Below, piece after piece: positions 62,570 through 64,000 of a stretch of 64,000 bases of DNA (position 1 is the first letter of the stretch; each line of letters opens with the position of its first letter). The stretch is from Mobula hypostoma (taxonomy: Eukaryota): NCBI RefSeq assembly GCF_963921235.1, contig NC_086108.1:87918001-87982000 (forward strand). The letters run 5' to 3'. The notes beneath the pieces are model-generated. The model had not been told where the DNA came from, made no database searches, and saw only the letters and a list, made by a program, of their open reading frames with translations. Position numbers and translations under genes: made by a program.

Positions 62570-63399
62570 ACGTCATGGTACAGGATGGATATCAACAATA
62601 CTGTGTCTTCAAATTTCAGAATCATTGATGCTCTTCTCACACTCAGTCAGTTACATTGCACATGACATATTATTCATGTATTTGACACCATTCTCCTGAA
62701 ATTGACACTTTGTTCTGGGATTGTCAGGCAGACTAAGGAAAATATTCAATGATGTGATCAAATTTCCCTGGAAAATCTGGGAATCTTTGGCCCACAGTTG
62801 CTCAAAATGGATGGAGATGGAGCACTTGAGATGGTAATGAAAGTCTCGAGGCCAAGCATTGGGAGTGGACAGAAGTCCTGCGTAAACTACAGGAGGGGTG
62901 CACTGTCAAATTAACCACTCATTGTAAAGGCGAACATCAAAAACAAAATTCATTATTGCCTTCAGTATGTGTGATCATCCATTGACTGATTAAGGAAACA
63001 TTCAACATTTGTCGGAGATCACTTGTCTTTTACAAACGTTCACTGACTGATTTCTGTTTATTTTGGTGCAGGGATGCGCTGCTGTGTATGGATTCGTGTG
63101 CTGTGGTTTCCTCCCACATTCCAAGTACTGTACATATGAGTTAGGGTTAGTAAGTTGTGGGCATGCTATGTTGGTGCCAGAAGCAAGGTGACACCTGTGG
63201 ACTGCTCCCTGTATTCCTGGACCGTGTTGGTCAATGACACAAACAACACCATTTACTGTATGTTTCAATGTACTGTACACATGACAAATAAATCGAATCT
63301 CTTTAATCTTTAAATTTTCCCCATATTATAGAAATTTGCCCATGGTTGATGGTAAACTGTCTATAGTTATAACATTATTTCTTTCTCCTTTCTTGCACT

Positions 63400-63720
63400 A
63401 ATCTCTGCTTGTTATGCTGCTGGCGTTTAGGATAGCAACGAAGGTCCTCCATCTCTGTTATACTGTCACACACAGATAGAGGATTCCTTATTGTTGTTTC
63501 CATTACAGCTTTTTTTGCCCAGTCAGGGTTGTTAGCCCTGAGCTGAGCCCCCAGACCTGGAGGATCAGGGGACCACTCTTAGTCCGGCCCCTACCCTCTA
63601 ACCTGTTTGGCATAGGTGACCCTACCAAGAGTCAAAGCACAAGGCCCTGACTCCAGCCAACATAGCTGTCCAGATCATTGAAGCATATAAGCTTCCAAAC
63701 CCTATGACAAGGTCTTGGAG
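63400..63720 (-). mobile_element. Short RTE (Expander/Rex3-like 5' UTR) derived element
   Basis: Minus strand reads ACCTTGTCATAGGG...TCAATGATC...AGCTATGTTG...GGTAGGGTCACC..GCCAAACAGGT, resembling RTE 5' UTRs. Confidence 0.55.
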
Positions 63721-64000
63721 GTTTCTTGCACTAATGTTATGTTTAATTTGCTTATTTTGTATAAGTTATGTTAATATAAGTTTATTTCGGTTTATGTTTG
63801 ACATGTACTATGCTGATGTTGCAAAAAGACCATTTTCATGGCATTTATATCCTGGGCCTGTATGCCCATGGCAATAAACTTGAACTTGAACAGGTTGGTT
63901 ATGTTGATAATCTTCCAGTCTTCCGTGTTTTCTTTCTTATGAATGTTGAAACAATTATATTCAGAACCTGTGCTATTTCATTCGCTATTCTAGTGTGTCT

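Noticed and set aside
59507..64000. MPL Box1 exon (WPxxP motif)
   Set aside because: No convincing exon was found. The candidate near 62770-62800 is RTE-derived and lacks the motif, so the exon is probably beyond the window.

Overview
Vertebrate genomic window, very likely a cartilaginous fish (ray or shark), inferred from the repeat families. Genes, all on the minus strand: the last coding exon of MPL (thrombopoietin receptor, 58892-59506) and a complete CDC20 (10 coding exons, 32795 to 17714, 1551 nt, 516 aa, all GT-AG with consistent phases). CDC20 has a probable non-coding first exon and NF-Y/CHR-type promoter near 38.2 kb. A CpG-rich promoter and non-coding first exon of an unidentified downstream gene lie at about 8.4-9.2 kb. 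The rest is dense transposon sequence: a full-length L1/Tx1-clade LINE with a 16-bp TSD in a CDC20 intron, a near-intact CR1 LINE, a decayed Gypsy element, solo LTRs, nested hAT elements, Tc1 fragments, and Penelope-like, Rex1 and RTE pieces. Best leads: (1) a short RTE-type retroposon that begins with a complete HDV-like ribozyme fold carrying an unusual L3 helical insertion; (2) a U_UUA_AAC slippery heptamer joining CR1 ORF1 to an AUG-less ORF2 in the -1 frame; (3) a TSD-flanked RTE-derived element that appears to have captured a CYHR1/ZFTRAF1-like coding fragment in frame; (4) minimal hammerhead ribozymes in Penelope termini, including a long inverted pair in CDC20 intron 1. All were read by eye; no searches or folding programs were run.
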